Below are positions 1 through 10,134 of a stretch of DNA of 64,000 bases, one piece after another. The stretch is from the NCBI GenBank assembly GCA_963708045.1, contig OY970181.1, positions 887,566 through 951,565 on the forward strand, in the 5' to 3' direction. Within the stretch, counting starts at the first letter, position 1; the number at the start of each line of letters is the position of its first letter. The stretch is from an uncultured bacterium (GTDB taxonomy: Bacteria > Patescibacteriota > Patescibacteriia > CAIQCM01). The notes beneath the pieces were generated by a model, which was given only the letters and a program-made list of their open reading frames with translations, made no database searches and was not told where the DNA came from. The position numbers and the translations under genes are program-made.

Positions 1-88
1 ACTTATCTTAATTCAAAAATGCTAATTAAACAATGAATATTAAATTACGATAATTTCAATTGTTCGTATTTTAGATTAGAATGGATAA

Positions 89-829
89 ATGATGATTTTA
101 GGTGTAAATGTCAGCAACACGACAAAACAGGCGGCAATTGCAAAAATTGCCGATTTTTTGGCGCAAGATAAACAATTCTTTGTCACTACGCCAAACCCAG
201 AGATTATTCTTTATGCCCACAAAAACCCTGCTTATCGCGAAATATTAAACAAGGCTGATTTTTCCCTGCCCGACGGTATTGGTCTTGTCTTTGCTTCAAA
301 AATTATTCACGAGCCACTTAACGAGCGTATTTCTGGAACCGATATGGTTCCAGAAATTGCCAAACTAGCACGAGAGAAAAAATTAAAAATTGCCGTGCTT
401 GGAGGACTAGACCAAGAGACACTGGAAAAAGCGGCCGCAGTTATGCGCGGGTGGGGGAATGAGGTTGTTTTTGCAAATTATGGCGTACCAAAAGAGCACT
501 GGAAAAATCCTGCGTTTCATGAGAAAATAATTAACGGAATCAATGCTTCGGGCACGCAGATTGTTTTGGCTGGTTTTGGCCATCCCAAACAAGAAGAATG
601 GATTAATAAATATCAAGGAGCGATGCCATCCGTGAAACTCTTTATTGGCATCGGTGGTGCTTTGGATTTTATTGCCGGAGCAAGAAAACGCGCGCCAGCC
701 TGGATGCAAAAAACTGGTTTAGAGTGGTTGTGGCGGCTTATCCAAGAACCGCGTCGCGCCAAGAGAATCTTTAACGCTGTTATCGTTTTCCCTATCGCTG
801 TCATCTATGATCAATTTAGGAAAAAATAA
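89..829 (+). CDS. WecB/TagA/CpsF-family glycosyltransferase (N-acetylmannosaminyl/ManNAcA transferase-like)
   Basis: 246-aa ORF with LGVNV..VTTPNPEI..LPDGIG..IAVLGG..GGALDF pattern typical of the WecG/TagA family. Overlaps gltX start by 23 nt. Confidence 0.6.
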   Translation: MMILGVNVSNTTKQAAIAKIADFLAQDKQFFVTTPNPEIILYAHKNPAYREILNKADFSLPDGIGLVFASKIIHEPLNERISGTDMVPEIAKLAREKKLKIAVLGGLDQETLEKAAAVMRGWGNEVVFANYGVPKEHWKNPAFHEKIINGINASGTQIVLAGFGHPKQEEWINKYQGAMPSVKLFIGIGGALDFIAGARKRAPAWMQKTGLEWLWRLIQEPRRAKRIFNAVIVFPIAVIYDQFRKK

Positions 830-2300
830 AGTTCGTGTCCGTTTCGCGCCGTCGCCCACGGGAATGATGCATTTGGGCGGTTTGCGTACAGCGCTTTATA
901 ACTATTTTTTTGCCAAACATAATGGCGGCGAATTTTTGTTGCGTATTGAAGACACTGACCAAACACGTTTTGTCCCAGGTGCAATTAATAATATTATTGA
1001 AACGTTAAAATGGGCAGGAATGGATTACGACGAAGGTCCGGTTGTTTCGGGCGATGTCGTCTCCGAACGCGGAGGTCACGGGCCGTATATCCAATCGCGC
1101 CGTCTGGATCTTTATAAAAAGTATGCCAACGAATTGGTTGAAAAAGGTTTGGCCTATCCTTGTTTTTGCACTTCCGAGCGCCTAGACAAATTACGCGAAG
1201 AACAAACTTTGCTAAAACGACCGCCCGGCTACGATGGACATTGTCGCGAACTTACTTCTACCGAAATTGACGCCCGACGTGCCCAAAAAATCCCCGAGGT
1301 TATTCGTATGAAAATGCCGCACGAGGGTGTGACTAAATTTAACGACCTAATCCGCGGTGAAATTGAATTTAAAAATGAACTTTTGGACGACCAGGTGCTT
1401 ATCAAATCCGACGGTTTTCCGACTTACCATTTGGCAGTCGTGGTTGATGATCACCTTATGGAGATCACGCACGTCATTCGCGGCGAAGAATGGCTACCCT
1501 CCACACCAAAGCATATTAAGCTTTATGAATTCTTCGGCTGGAAGCCGACTGAATATGCGCACTTGCCGCTTATGCTTAAGCCTGGCGGCGGTAAGCTTTC
1601 AAAACGCGATATGGCTTCGTCGGTTTCCGACTATATTAGCCAAGGCTACCTAAAACCAGCTTTACTTAACTTTATCGCTCTTTTGGGCTGGCACCCGCCT
1701 GGGGACATTGAAAAATTGTCGGTTATGGAGATGATTGAGGTTTTTGAAATGAAAAACGTCGGCAAGTCGGGTGCAGTCTTTATGCCGGACAAGCTTGATT
1801 GGTTAAACGGCGCGTATCTTCGTGAATTACCGCTTGCGGAATTTGCCGAGCTTTGTCGTCCATATTTAGAAAAAGCCGGTTTTATAGATGAAGGCTTTAG
1901 CGAACAAAAAATCGGCATGATTGTAAAGTTGGAACAAGAGCGCGTAAAAAAACTTTCCGAAATCATTCCCGCGGTTGAATATTTTTTCAAACCGCCGCCT
2001 TGCGACAAGAATAAACTTGTCTGGAAAAAACAAACGACCGAGCTTGCCGCGGCGCGCTTAGAAAAAGTTCGCGAAGTCGTCGTGGCGTTAGACGAATCGC
2101 TCTGGAATGCCGCCGAACTTGAAAAAATAATTAAAGAAATGATTACCGCAACAGCGACGCCGGTCGGGGAAACGCTTTGGCCAATGCGCGTGGCGCTAAG
2201 CGGACGCGAAGCTTCGCCTGGACCGTTTGATATTGCCGCCGTTCTTCAAAAAAATGAAACCTTGCGCCGTTTAGATACGGCCATCGCCGCCCTAAAATGA
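807..2300 (+). CDS. gltX: glutamyl-tRNA synthetase
   Basis: N-terminal VRVRFAPSPTGMMHLGG (class I HIGH motif). KLSKR (KMSKS-like) later. Length 497 aa. Confidence 0.85.
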   Translation: MINLGKNKVRVRFAPSPTGMMHLGGLRTALYNYFFAKHNGGEFLLRIEDTDQTRFVPGAINNIIETLKWAGMDYDEGPVVSGDVVSERGGHGPYIQSRRLDLYKKYANELVEKGLAYPCFCTSERLDKLREEQTLLKRPPGYDGHCRELTSTEIDARRAQKIPEVIRMKMPHEGVTKFNDLIRGEIEFKNELLDDQVLIKSDGFPTYHLAVVVDDHLMEITHVIRGEEWLPSTPKHIKLYEFFGWKPTEYAHLPLMLKPGGGKLSKRDMASSVSDYISQGYLKPALLNFIALLGWHPPGDIEKLSVMEMIEVFEMKNVGKSGAVFMPDKLDWLNGAYLRELPLAEFAELCRPYLEKAGFIDEGFSEQKIGMIVKLEQERVKKLSEIIPAVEYFFKPPPCDKNKLVWKKQTTELAAARLEKVREVVVALDESLWNAAELEKIIKEMITATATPVGETLWPMRVALSGREASPGPFDIAAVLQKNETLRRLDTAIAALK

Positions 2301-3508
2301 AAAATTTCTCACAGCAAATATTTGTCATTCTCTCGGTTGTCGCTATTCTAGTCTCGCCTGGAGTTGCTTTTGGCACACCCAAAGAAGATCTTTTAAAAAT
2401 CAACGATCAAATTACTAACAAAAAAAATCAAATAGATACACTTAAACAAAGTATTCAAACGTATCAAAATAAAATTAATAGTTTGGAGAATCAGGAGTTG
2501 TCGCTTGCGAACGAGATTAGTATTTTAGACAACCGTCTTGCCAAAATGGACTTAGATATTCAGTCAACCGAAGCACAAATTGAAGAAATCGGGCTTGAAT
2601 TACAATCACTTGATAATCAAATCTCTACCACCTCTGGCCGATTGTCAAACGACCGGTCGCTTCTTGCTGATTTAATCCGAAAAGTTGACCGCGAAGATGA
2701 ACGCACTGGTTTGGAAACTTTATTTTTAAACGATAATTTTTCCGCCCTTTTTAATCGCGCCAAATATCTAGAAGATCTTCAGGGTGATATGTTAAAAACA
2801 ATAAATGCCGTTCAGGATTCAAAAACACAACTTGAAACAACTCAAGCTGAACGCATTTCCAAAGACGCTGAACTTAAAAAAACTAAGGACGAACTGGCAA
2901 TTGAAAAAATAAAGCTTCAAGACTCGCGTGACAGCAAAGCGTATTTGGTGGATAAGACGCGAAATTCAGAATATCAATTCCGAAATTTTGTCGCTGGGTT
3001 GCAAAACGAAGCAGCGCTTGTTTCAAACGATCTTTCCGCGCTTCAATCGCAAGCGCAAAAAAAATTGCGCGATGTTGACCAGTTTCCGAACGGTAACGTT
3101 GTTCTTTCTTGGCCAGTACCTTCACATATTATCTCAACAGGTTTTCATGATCCGGAATATCCTTTCCGCCGCATTATGGAGCACTCGGGAGCGGATATTA
3201 GCAAAACGCCGCAAGGAACGCCGGTTACCGCCGCCGCCCCTGGTTATGTTCTTAAAGCAAAAGATGCTGGCTATGGCTATAGCTACATCATCATTATGCA
3301 TGGCGATGGCATTGCCACGGTTTATGGCCACCTTTCTCACATTAACGTTGTTACTGATTCGTATGTTAATCGCGGCGACGTTATTGGCCTTTCGGGCGGA
3401 ATGCCAGGAACGCTTGGCGCCGGCCCAATGACCACGGGTCCGCACCTTCATTTTGAAGTTCGTGTTAACGGTATTCCTACCGACCCGACAAATTATTTGG
3501 TCAGTTAG
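2297..3508 (+). CDS. secreted M23-family peptidase with N-terminal coiled coil (EnvC-like murein hydrolase activator/peptidase)
   Basis: Signal peptide, long coiled-coil region, C-terminal HSGADI...GHLSHI...GPHLHFEV LytM/M23 motifs. Confidence 0.75.
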   Translation: MKNFSQQIFVILSVVAILVSPGVAFGTPKEDLLKINDQITNKKNQIDTLKQSIQTYQNKINSLENQELSLANEISILDNRLAKMDLDIQSTEAQIEEIGLELQSLDNQISTTSGRLSNDRSLLADLIRKVDREDERTGLETLFLNDNFSALFNRAKYLEDLQGDMLKTINAVQDSKTQLETTQAERISKDAELKKTKDELAIEKIKLQDSRDSKAYLVDKTRNSEYQFRNFVAGLQNEAALVSNDLSALQSQAQKKLRDVDQFPNGNVVLSWPVPSHIISTGFHDPEYPFRRIMEHSGADISKTPQGTPVTAAAPGYVLKAKDAGYGYSYIIIMHGDGIATVYGHLSHINVVTDSYVNRGDVIGLSGGMPGTLGAGPMTTGPHLHFEVRVNGIPTDPTNYLVS

Positions 3509-3625
3509 AGATTTGAAATTAGATTAAAGAAGCACTAAAAAACCTCCATAAAACGGTGGTTTTTTAAGTTATCCACCATGACGGCATTGTGTTCGGTTTT
3601 TGTTCGGGTTAAAATAGACATAGAT

Positions 3626-4071
3626 GTTAGAGATTTGAAATTAGATTTTAGAAGCCGTGACTTATGACAGAAAAAATTACAACTTTCACTGATTTAATTA
3701 CCTGGACAGAAGCACATAAACTCGTAATAGCGATATATAAAATTACAAAGCTGTTTCCTAGAGAAGAAATGTTTGGATTAACTAATCAAATGCGCCGCGC
3801 GGCGGTCTCAATAACATCAAATATTGCGGAGGGGTTTGGAAGATATAGTTTCAAAGAAAAAATTAGATTCTATTATATCTCCAAAGGGTCAATTACCGAA
3901 TTAAAGAACCAGCTTCTTATCGCACGCGATGTAGAAATCATGACGAAGAAACAGTTTGAAGAAATAGATATACAAATGAACAACACCTACAAACTACTAC
4001 ATGGTCTCATATCAAAAACAAAAGAGTTATCCTTTCCGACTTCTAAAATCTAATCTCTAATTTCTAATCTC
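3626..4071. mobile_element. IVS-like hairpin element carrying the four-helix-bundle gene between inverted repeats built of (A/G)ATTAGA heptamers
   Basis: Left arm GTTAGAGATTTGAAATTAGATTTTAGAAG (3626-3654). Right arm CTTCTAAAATCTAATCTCTAATTTCTAATCTC (4040-4071) is its imperfect reverse complement. A solo left-arm copy sits at 3504-3532. Confidence 0.35.
3664..4053 (+). CDS. four-helix-bundle protein (23S rRNA intervening-sequence protein family)
   Basis: 129 aa with ...ITSNIAEGFGRYSFKEKIRF...SITEL signature. Gene sits exactly in the loop of a ~30-bp inverted repeat (3626-3654 / 4040-4071). Confidence 0.7.
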   Translation: MTEKITTFTDLITWTEAHKLVIAIYKITKLFPREEMFGLTNQMRRAAVSITSNIAEGFGRYSFKEKIRFYYISKGSITELKNQLLIARDVEIMTKKQFEEIDIQMNNTYKLLHGLISKTKELSFPTSKI

Positions 4072-4077
4072 AAACCT

Positions 4078-4671
4078 ATGACTTTTATATCACTCACAAA
4101 AAAACAGCGCGCCGTGTACGAGATCGTAAATTATTACATCCGCTCTTACGAACGCCCGCCAACGGTTCGCGAAATCGGCAAAGAGTTAAATCTTGCCGCC
4201 GCGACAGTGCAAGAGCACGTAAATGCTTTGCGCGAAAAAGGCTACATAGAAAAACACGAAATCGCTCCGCGCAACCTTTTTTCCGCCGCTATCCAGCTTC
4301 CGCTTGCCGGCCTTATCACCGCCGGTGTGCCAATTGAGGCGGTTGAAGAAAAAGAAGTAATGGCCGTTCCCGCGAGTTTAGTAATGGACGGCGCCAACTC
4401 TTACATTCTTAAAGTAAAAGGCCAATCAATGATTGAAGACGGAATTTTGGACGGAGATTATGTTATTGTGGAACGTAATCCTTCGCCAAAGAACGGCGAC
4501 GTTGTTGTTGCGCTCCTGGACAATGCCTTTGCCACCTTAAAACGTTTTTACCGCGAACCAAATCGCATTCGTTTGCAACCAGCCAATTCCTCAATGGATC
4601 CAATTTATGTCCGCGATCTCTCTATTCAAGGTGTTGTTCGCGCCGTAATCCGCCAATTTGCCCGCGCCTAA
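4078..4671 (+). CDS. lexA: LexA repressor (S24 peptidase, SOS regulator)
   Basis: N-terminal wHTH (VREIGKELNLAAATVQEHVNALREKGYI), linker, C-terminal S24 domain with GQSMIEDGILDGDYVIVE and K in ...ALLDNAFATLKRF. Confidence 0.8.
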   Translation: MTFISLTKKQRAVYEIVNYYIRSYERPPTVREIGKELNLAAATVQEHVNALREKGYIEKHEIAPRNLFSAAIQLPLAGLITAGVPIEAVEEKEVMAVPASLVMDGANSYILKVKGQSMIEDGILDGDYVIVERNPSPKNGDVVVALLDNAFATLKRFYREPNRIRLQPANSSMDPIYVRDLSIQGVVRAVIRQFARA

Positions 4672-4676
4672 AAAAT

Positions 4677-4757
4677 GAGATTAGAAATTAGAGATTGGAT
4701 GTTAGAAGCCGAGAGTACAGTACGACTTCTTCATTCAAATTTCTAATCTCTAATCTC
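4677..4757. repeat. cargo-less hairpin element of the ATTAGA-heptamer family (MITE-like)
   Basis: Arms 4677-4708 and 4726-4757 are imperfect reverse complements (GAGATTAGAAATTAGAGATT... / ...AAATTTCTAATCTCTAATCTC). Confidence 0.55.
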
Positions 4758-4770
4758 GCAATTAGAAAAT

Positions 4771-5019
4771 ATGACTCACCAAAAATACAATGACCCGATT
4801 GATGTTTTGGCATCATTTTCCGGAACTAAGGCCGTGCCCCACGTTATTAAATGGGGACGCCATCGTTACAATTTAGAAAAAGTTAACCTAGTTCATATTG
4901 CAAACGAAGGTTTAAATAAAATATTTTATTTTTCCGTGTCCGATAAAATTAATTTCTTTAAACTTCGCTTTGATGCTTCTAATCTTGAGTGGCGTTTACT
5001 GGAACTTTATAGTGAATAG
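4771..5019 (+). CDS. hypothetical small protein between lexA and dinB, flanked on both sides by hairpin elements
   Basis: 82-aa ORF. No recognisable motif. Position suggests SOS-regulon membership. Confidence 0.3.
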   Translation: MTHQKYNDPIDVLASFSGTKAVPHVIKWGRHRYNLEKVNLVHIANEGLNKIFYFSVSDKINFFKLRFDASNLEWRLLELYSE

Positions 5020-5029
5020 ATGTAATTGT

Positions 5030-5105
5030 GAAATTAGAGATTAGAAATTAGAATGAAGAAGTTTAATATTCGTCTTCTAAAATCTAATCTCTAATTTCCA
5101 ATCTC
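5030..5105. repeat. cargo-less hairpin element of the ATTAGA-heptamer family (MITE-like)
   Basis: Arms 5030-5061 and 5074-5105 are imperfect reverse complements. 12-nt loop. Confidence 0.55.
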
Positions 5106-5112
5106 ATAGAGT

Positions 5113-6333
5113 ATGAAAATCGTAATGCACGCCGATATGAATAGTTATTTTGCATCGGTGGAACAGCAGGCTAACCCGTTTCTTCGTGGCAAACCAGTGG
5201 CTATCTGTTCGCGTATTTCACGAAATGCCTGCATTATCGCTTGTTCTGTTGAAGCAAAAAAACTTGGCATTAAAACGGGTTTTAGTTTAAACGAAGCCAA
5301 AGTTATTGCGCCAAATATTATCGCTTTGGAAGTTGATCCGCCAAAAGTTCGCACGGTGACCAAAAAAATTTTCACGATTTTTGCCGACTTTACATCGGCA
5401 ATAGAACCTTATTCAATTGACGAAGCGTTTATGGATGTTACTGGTTATGTTAATAGTTTTGAAGCAGCGCACGAGATGGCTTTGGTCATAAAAAAACGAA
5501 TCAGGAACGAAGTAGGGGAATGGCTGGGTTGTTCCATTGGAATTTCCTATACGCGCTGGCTTGCTAAATTTGCTGGTGAATTGCAAAAACCCGACGGCCT
5601 TACGATCCTAAAAAAAGAAGACCTAGCGCGTATTTATAAAAACCGCCCCGTTGACGAAGCATGGGGGATTGCTAAAGGCTGGAAAACCAGATTAAATGCA
5701 CTCGGTATTAACACCCTTGGCGAACTTCTTGTCTATAACCCATTGGAACTTAAACGACGTTTTGGAATGCCCGGATATATTATTTGGGCAAATGTGAGCG
5801 GGTTGGATATTAAGGAGGTCAAAACTGCAACCAATGAACAACAAAAAAGCATTGGCCATTCTTATGTTTTTCACAAACGCACGGCCGACGAACAAATGAT
5901 CTCGGCGATTGCCATGAAACTTTGTGAGCGCGTTGGCTGCCGCCTGCGCAAGCTCGGTATGGAGACTAGGGGGATTAGAGTTGACTGGAGTTGCGGAGAA
6001 AACGGAGATAGTCGCCGAGTGCGCTGTTTTGACTCTGTTTTTGAGTCATACGACATTTATAATGCGGCTTTTAAGACCTTCCGCAACGCTTGGAATCGTT
6101 CCGTTGTTACTTTTATGGGTATAACCGCTTTTGACCTTGTACCGACAAACGGACAAATTTCAATTTTTAACAACAAACAAAAAAAGCGCGGACTTAGCAC
6201 CGCGCTTGATCTTGTAAATGATCGCTATGGAGCTTATACCGTCTTCCGCGGTCAAATGTGGGGGACAGAAGAAAGCGCACCCGACCGCGTCGGTTTTAGA
6301 CAAACCGTTCCTGTTCCCGCATTTATTAATTAG
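5113..6333 (+). CDS. dinB: Y-family DNA polymerase (DNA polymerase IV / DinB-like)
   Basis: HADMNSYFASVE (catalytic Asp motif), SIDEAFMDVTG, little-finger region. Directly downstream of lexA. Confidence 0.8.
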   Translation: MKIVMHADMNSYFASVEQQANPFLRGKPVAICSRISRNACIIACSVEAKKLGIKTGFSLNEAKVIAPNIIALEVDPPKVRTVTKKIFTIFADFTSAIEPYSIDEAFMDVTGYVNSFEAAHEMALVIKKRIRNEVGEWLGCSIGISYTRWLAKFAGELQKPDGLTILKKEDLARIYKNRPVDEAWGIAKGWKTRLNALGINTLGELLVYNPLELKRRFGMPGYIIWANVSGLDIKEVKTATNEQQKSIGHSYVFHKRTADEQMISAIAMKLCERVGCRLRKLGMETRGIRVDWSCGENGDSRRVRCFDSVFESYDIYNAAFKTFRNAWNRSVVTFMGITAFDLVPTNGQISIFNNKQKKRGLSTALDLVNDRYGAYTVFRGQMWGTEESAPDRVGFRQTVPVPAFIN

Positions 6334-8008
6334 CTATAGGCGAGGGAAGTGGCCGTAAATCAAGTTCGGTTAGAATTTTTTTATCAAGCGTAAAAACCAT
6401 TACTGTCTCCGGTTCAGTAAGATTCAGAAGGCGTACACCACTCCTTGCTCCATCGGTCCAGTTAAGTTCTCGAGCGGTATTTGCAGCGGAATTTGCGGTT
6501 TTATGCCAAAGAGCTTGTTCGTCGCCGGATGTGGTGTCCATACGAACCAAACTAACACTTGACCCGTTCACGTCCCAGACTGCAATTCCGGTGTCCGGAA
6601 GCGAGTTGTCGTAAAATCCTCGCTCGCGATTTTCAATAAGAAAATATTCTGTACCAGCGGCTGGACCATTTGGTTGGTCGCGATCAACACGAATCACGGT
6701 ATGGGAATCTTCAATTGAACCAAGTTTTAAATTTGTAACTTCTTGCGCTTTAGGAATTACGGTTGGTGTAAGCCAACCAAGCTGAATACGAGCATAAGGA
6801 TCTATTTGCAAGTCAGTATGCGGTGCGCTCATTAATGAAAATTTACCAAGCGACGAGTCGGGGATATTAAAAATTTGTTTAGCAAAACAGTGGGCAATTG
6901 CACCAAACTCTGTCGCCTCACCGAGCGGATTACCAATATAAAGCTCGCCAACCGTATTCAAAGTTACCCCATCAACAACCATAGGTTTTTGTTCTGGCGT
7001 TTCCGCCGAATAAACACTAGAAACAGCATCGGCAGGCTCGCCAGATTGCGGGATAACGATAAAAATTGCCAACTCGTCAAACGTTAATTTACCATCGCCA
7101 TTAGTATCGTATTTTTTAAAATCAAAATCAGCGTTAGCCTTTTTAATAGCTTCGGCGCGACGCTCGTTGGCGCCAGTGCTAAAACCATCTTTCCCGTGGA
7201 TAAGCGGATCGTCTGACCAATAATGCTCGGGTTGATATTCAGCTCCATACCAACCAAGCACTCCAGCATTAATAACAGAAACGTGATTATCAGATTCGGT
7301 TTTAAAGTAGTCAGCAACGCTTGGTGCTGTACCAAAAACAACCCGTTCAATGGAGGTTTTGTCAGGTGCAGCCGCATCGGGTCGCTTGGGATCCCATAAA
7401 ATTAACAGGACATTCTTTTTTGTCGGATTAACCACGGTTGGTGTGACCGTAACCGGCGTCGTTGCGGTTGGATTCGGTGCTTTCGTGGAATCGCGATCAG
7501 TAATTATCGTCGGTGACGCATCGCGTTCGTTTGTCCACCAGTATTCACCGGTAACGGAAATGTCAGTGCCGAATTTATAAGACGTAAAAAAAGCGTCTGG
7601 CACGGAAATAACTTTTTTTGACCAGTTATCGCCAAAAATAGTTTTGGCGATATTCGGAGTTGTGAGCCAACGCAAAACGCCACCGTGGGCAACGGCATAA
7701 ACCTTGGCGCTTGAAGCAATTTTTACAATATTGTCTCCGGGACGAATTGTCACTAGTCCCGATAAAGACAAGGCGGCTAATTCCGTATCAGTGATCGTTT
7801 TAACGGTTTTAAAATCGGCGTACCAAGTAAAATATGTCGCTTCGTTGGGAAAAGCCAAACGCTTGCCGCCTGCGAGAACAAGATAAACTGCCGATCTTGA
7901 ACCTTTAACCAAGTCGCCTTCGGCAGGGGAATAGGCGGCGCTTGCCGGCCTCGACAGTGCGCTAATTATAAATATTACGATTAGAATTTTTATTTTATTC
8001 ATATTCAA
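6326..8008 (-). CDS. secreted multidomain protein: paralogous N-terminal domain + Pro/Thr linker + M6-like metalloprotease domain with degenerate HExxH (HCFAK), predicted catalytically inactive
   Basis: Signal peptide. N-domain paralogous to that of 7995..10052. C-domain aligns with 10135..11394 (VVDGVT..., EF-hand-like DTNGDGKLTFDEL, FSLMSAPH), but HELSH is replaced by HCFAK. Confidence 0.5.
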   Translation of the reverse strand: MNMNKIKILIVIFIISALSRPASAAYSPAEGDLVKGSRSAVYLVLAGGKRLAFPNEATYFTWYADFKTVKTITDTELAALSLSGLVTIRPGDNIVKIASSAKVYAVAHGGVLRWLTTPNIAKTIFGDNWSKKVISVPDAFFTSYKFGTDISVTGEYWWTNERDASPTIITDRDSTKAPNPTATTPVTVTPTVVNPTKKNVLLILWDPKRPDAAAPDKTSIERVVFGTAPSVADYFKTESDNHVSVINAGVLGWYGAEYQPEHYWSDDPLIHGKDGFSTGANERRAEAIKKANADFDFKKYDTNGDGKLTFDELAIFIVIPQSGEPADAVSSVYSAETPEQKPMVVDGVTLNTVGELYIGNPLGEATEFGAIAHCFAKQIFNIPDSSLGKFSLMSAPHTDLQIDPYARIQLGWLTPTVIPKAQEVTNLKLGSIEDSHTVIRVDRDQPNGPAAGTEYFLIENRERGFYDNSLPDTGIAVWDVNGSSVSLVRMDTTSGDEQALWHKTANSAANTARELNWTDGARSGVRLLNLTEPETVMVFTLDKKILTELDLRPLPSPIAN

Positions 8009-10052
8009 ATGCTCCTAAATCCAAAGCACTTCCCGTCGCTGTACGGACTTTTCCGCGAGCTAAATCAACATATTCATATTGTACCTGATTTAAGACAGTA
8101 GCTAAAGGCAATGCTTCCGATTTATCAATTAACGGCGACCCATTGAGCGGCTTAAAATTTGTATCAAGCATTGGATTAGTTCCAGATATTATTTTATTAT
8201 CGTTCGTTACCGTGCCTGTAAAATCAGGACGAGCAATGTCATAACCGCTAGAAATCCAATTAGTTCCAAGATGAAGTTGTCCGTTTCTGCTAAGCATTAA
8301 AAGTTGGGTCGTGCCGGTGACTACATACGTATTGTTGCGCATATCAACATGTTCATCATTAGTGCTAGCGTCAACAATGATTGTGTACCAGAAGTCGCTG
8401 CTATTCGCGCTCATTATAACTGTGTTGTTATAAAAGTAGAGCGTGCCCTTACGAAAATCCTGTTCAAAACCTTCGGTATCGCCGCCGTAATGAACTAGCC
8501 GCTCGGCGTCATTTGGTCCAGAAATAAGAATATTGCCGTAAACAAAAGTTTCGCGATAACGAGGATCGGCGAGTGCGTGTATAACGTGTTCTTGAGCATC
8601 AACCAGATCAATCAAGCGCGACGTGCCTTCAATATAATTATAACGGACGACGGTTCCAGCGGAACGATCTTTAATGTTTGCGCCAAGCGAACCGGCCCGC
8701 AGTCGGCCAAAACGATTAAACTGGATCGTTACGCCCAGTGTTTGGGTATAAACGTTATGTTCTAACCAAGAATCAGCGTTGCCATTACCAAATATATTAT
8801 TTCCTTCCAAAAGCACATCACGCACCAGTGTTGCTTCTACTTCGTCTTTAGCAAGTGTAAAAAATCCAAATCCAGAATCCGAAAGCTCACAGCCACGTAC
8901 GGTAATATTATTTCCACCAACAACCGCGACTGATGACGATCCTTTTCCCCAAGATACGACCGAACCGTCGGTTCTTGTGTGTTTATTTGCTTGGTTAGCG
9001 CCTTTTATAATCAAACCCTCAATGGTTATATAACCGGGACGATAGTTATAAAGCTGCCCATCGCCGCGTTCTATTGCAATAAGCGCTTGCTCTTGGTTTG
9101 GCAAATAGGATGTAAAATGCAAATTCGGACCGGCAACCGCGTTTTCTCCGCTCAAAACCGGCCGTTCGCCGTTTGGCCCGACCACGCCACAAACACGAAT
9201 TGGCTGATCGGCGGTACCGGTTCCGGAAATTAAAATTTGCTCACGATATGGTTCCGCTTTCCAAAATATTCTTACTGTATCGCCGGCGCCAAGCGTATAC
9301 CAAGGCACTTCGCCGATAGTAGCATATTCCTTATTTGGTCCGACGTCATAAGTATGAGAAACACCAGGCAAGCAAGCTATTGATAATGGCGGCGCAGTTG
9401 GCGTTGGGTCAGAAACGGGCGTTGGATCGGGGACTGGCGTTGGACTTGGTGCAGGTGCCGGACTCGGTGCAGGCGTTCCACCACCACTCCCACCACCACC
9501 CGAAGAATTAGCCAATACAGGCACTGGTACTTTTTTGTCGTCATTAATGGTTAGCGCCGAGCTTGTTTCATTTTCTTTCCAATATTGTCCAAACGCAGTA
9601 ATTGGGCTGCCCTGTTTATATGAGGCATAAAAAGCGTCAGGTATCGTAATTATTTTTTTTGACCAGCCTTGTCCAAAAATTGACGTGGCAATTGTCTCGT
9701 TTTGCATCCAGCGCAAAGTTCCATTCTTTGCCACTGCAAAAATTTTGTTAGGATCAGAACTTATTCTTACCGGAGCTATGCCCGGTCGCAGAGTAACCAA
9801 CCCCGTAAGAGGTATCACAGCAAGTTCGTTGTCTGTAATAAATTTTACATTAGAAAAATTTGCATACCACGAAAAGTATGTAGGTTCATTTGGAAACGCC
9901 ATTCTTTTTCCATCAGTGGTAATATAATAAACTGCAGACAAAGAACCTTTAACAAGATCGCCAGGGGATAGCGTTTCCGCTTTACCAGAAAATGGACTTA
10001 GGATCAGAACCGAAACAAAAACTATGAGTATGAATTTAAATAATCTATTCAT
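7995..10052 (-). CDS. secreted protein: paralogous N-terminal domain + Gly/Ser/Pro/Thr linker + right-handed parallel beta-helix (pectate-lyase-like) domain
   Basis: Likely start at MNRLFKFILIVFVSVL signal peptide (internal Met of the 697-aa ORF). Repetitive NNITV/GNNIFGNGN beta-helix-like turns. Possible polysaccharide lyase or hydrolase. Confidence 0.5.
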   Translation of the reverse strand: MNRLFKFILIVFVSVLILSPFSGKAETLSPGDLVKGSLSAVYYITTDGKRMAFPNEPTYFSWYANFSNVKFITDNELAVIPLTGLVTLRPGIAPVRISSDPNKIFAVAKNGTLRWMQNETIATSIFGQGWSKKIITIPDAFYASYKQGSPITAFGQYWKENETSSALTINDDKKVPVPVLANSSGGGGSGGGTPAPSPAPAPSPTPVPDPTPVSDPTPTAPPLSIACLPGVSHTYDVGPNKEYATIGEVPWYTLGAGDTVRIFWKAEPYREQILISGTGTADQPIRVCGVVGPNGERPVLSGENAVAGPNLHFTSYLPNQEQALIAIERGDGQLYNYRPGYITIEGLIIKGANQANKHTRTDGSVVSWGKGSSSVAVVGGNNITVRGCELSDSGFGFFTLAKDEVEATLVRDVLLEGNNIFGNGNADSWLEHNVYTQTLGVTIQFNRFGRLRAGSLGANIKDRSAGTVVRYNYIEGTSRLIDLVDAQEHVIHALADPRYRETFVYGNILISGPNDAERLVHYGGDTEGFEQDFRKGTLYFYNNTVIMSANSSDFWYTIIVDASTNDEHVDMRNNTYVVTGTTQLLMLSRNGQLHLGTNWISSGYDIARPDFTGTVTNDNKIISGTNPMLDTNFKPLNGSPLIDKSEALPLATVLNQVQYEYVDLARGKVRTATGSALDLGAFEYE

Positions 10053-10134
10053 ATATTTTAAAATATTTTCATCAAAATACCTTATCATAATTAAATTATT
10101 ATGAACAGGTGGGCTATTAAAAAATTCACCGCAA

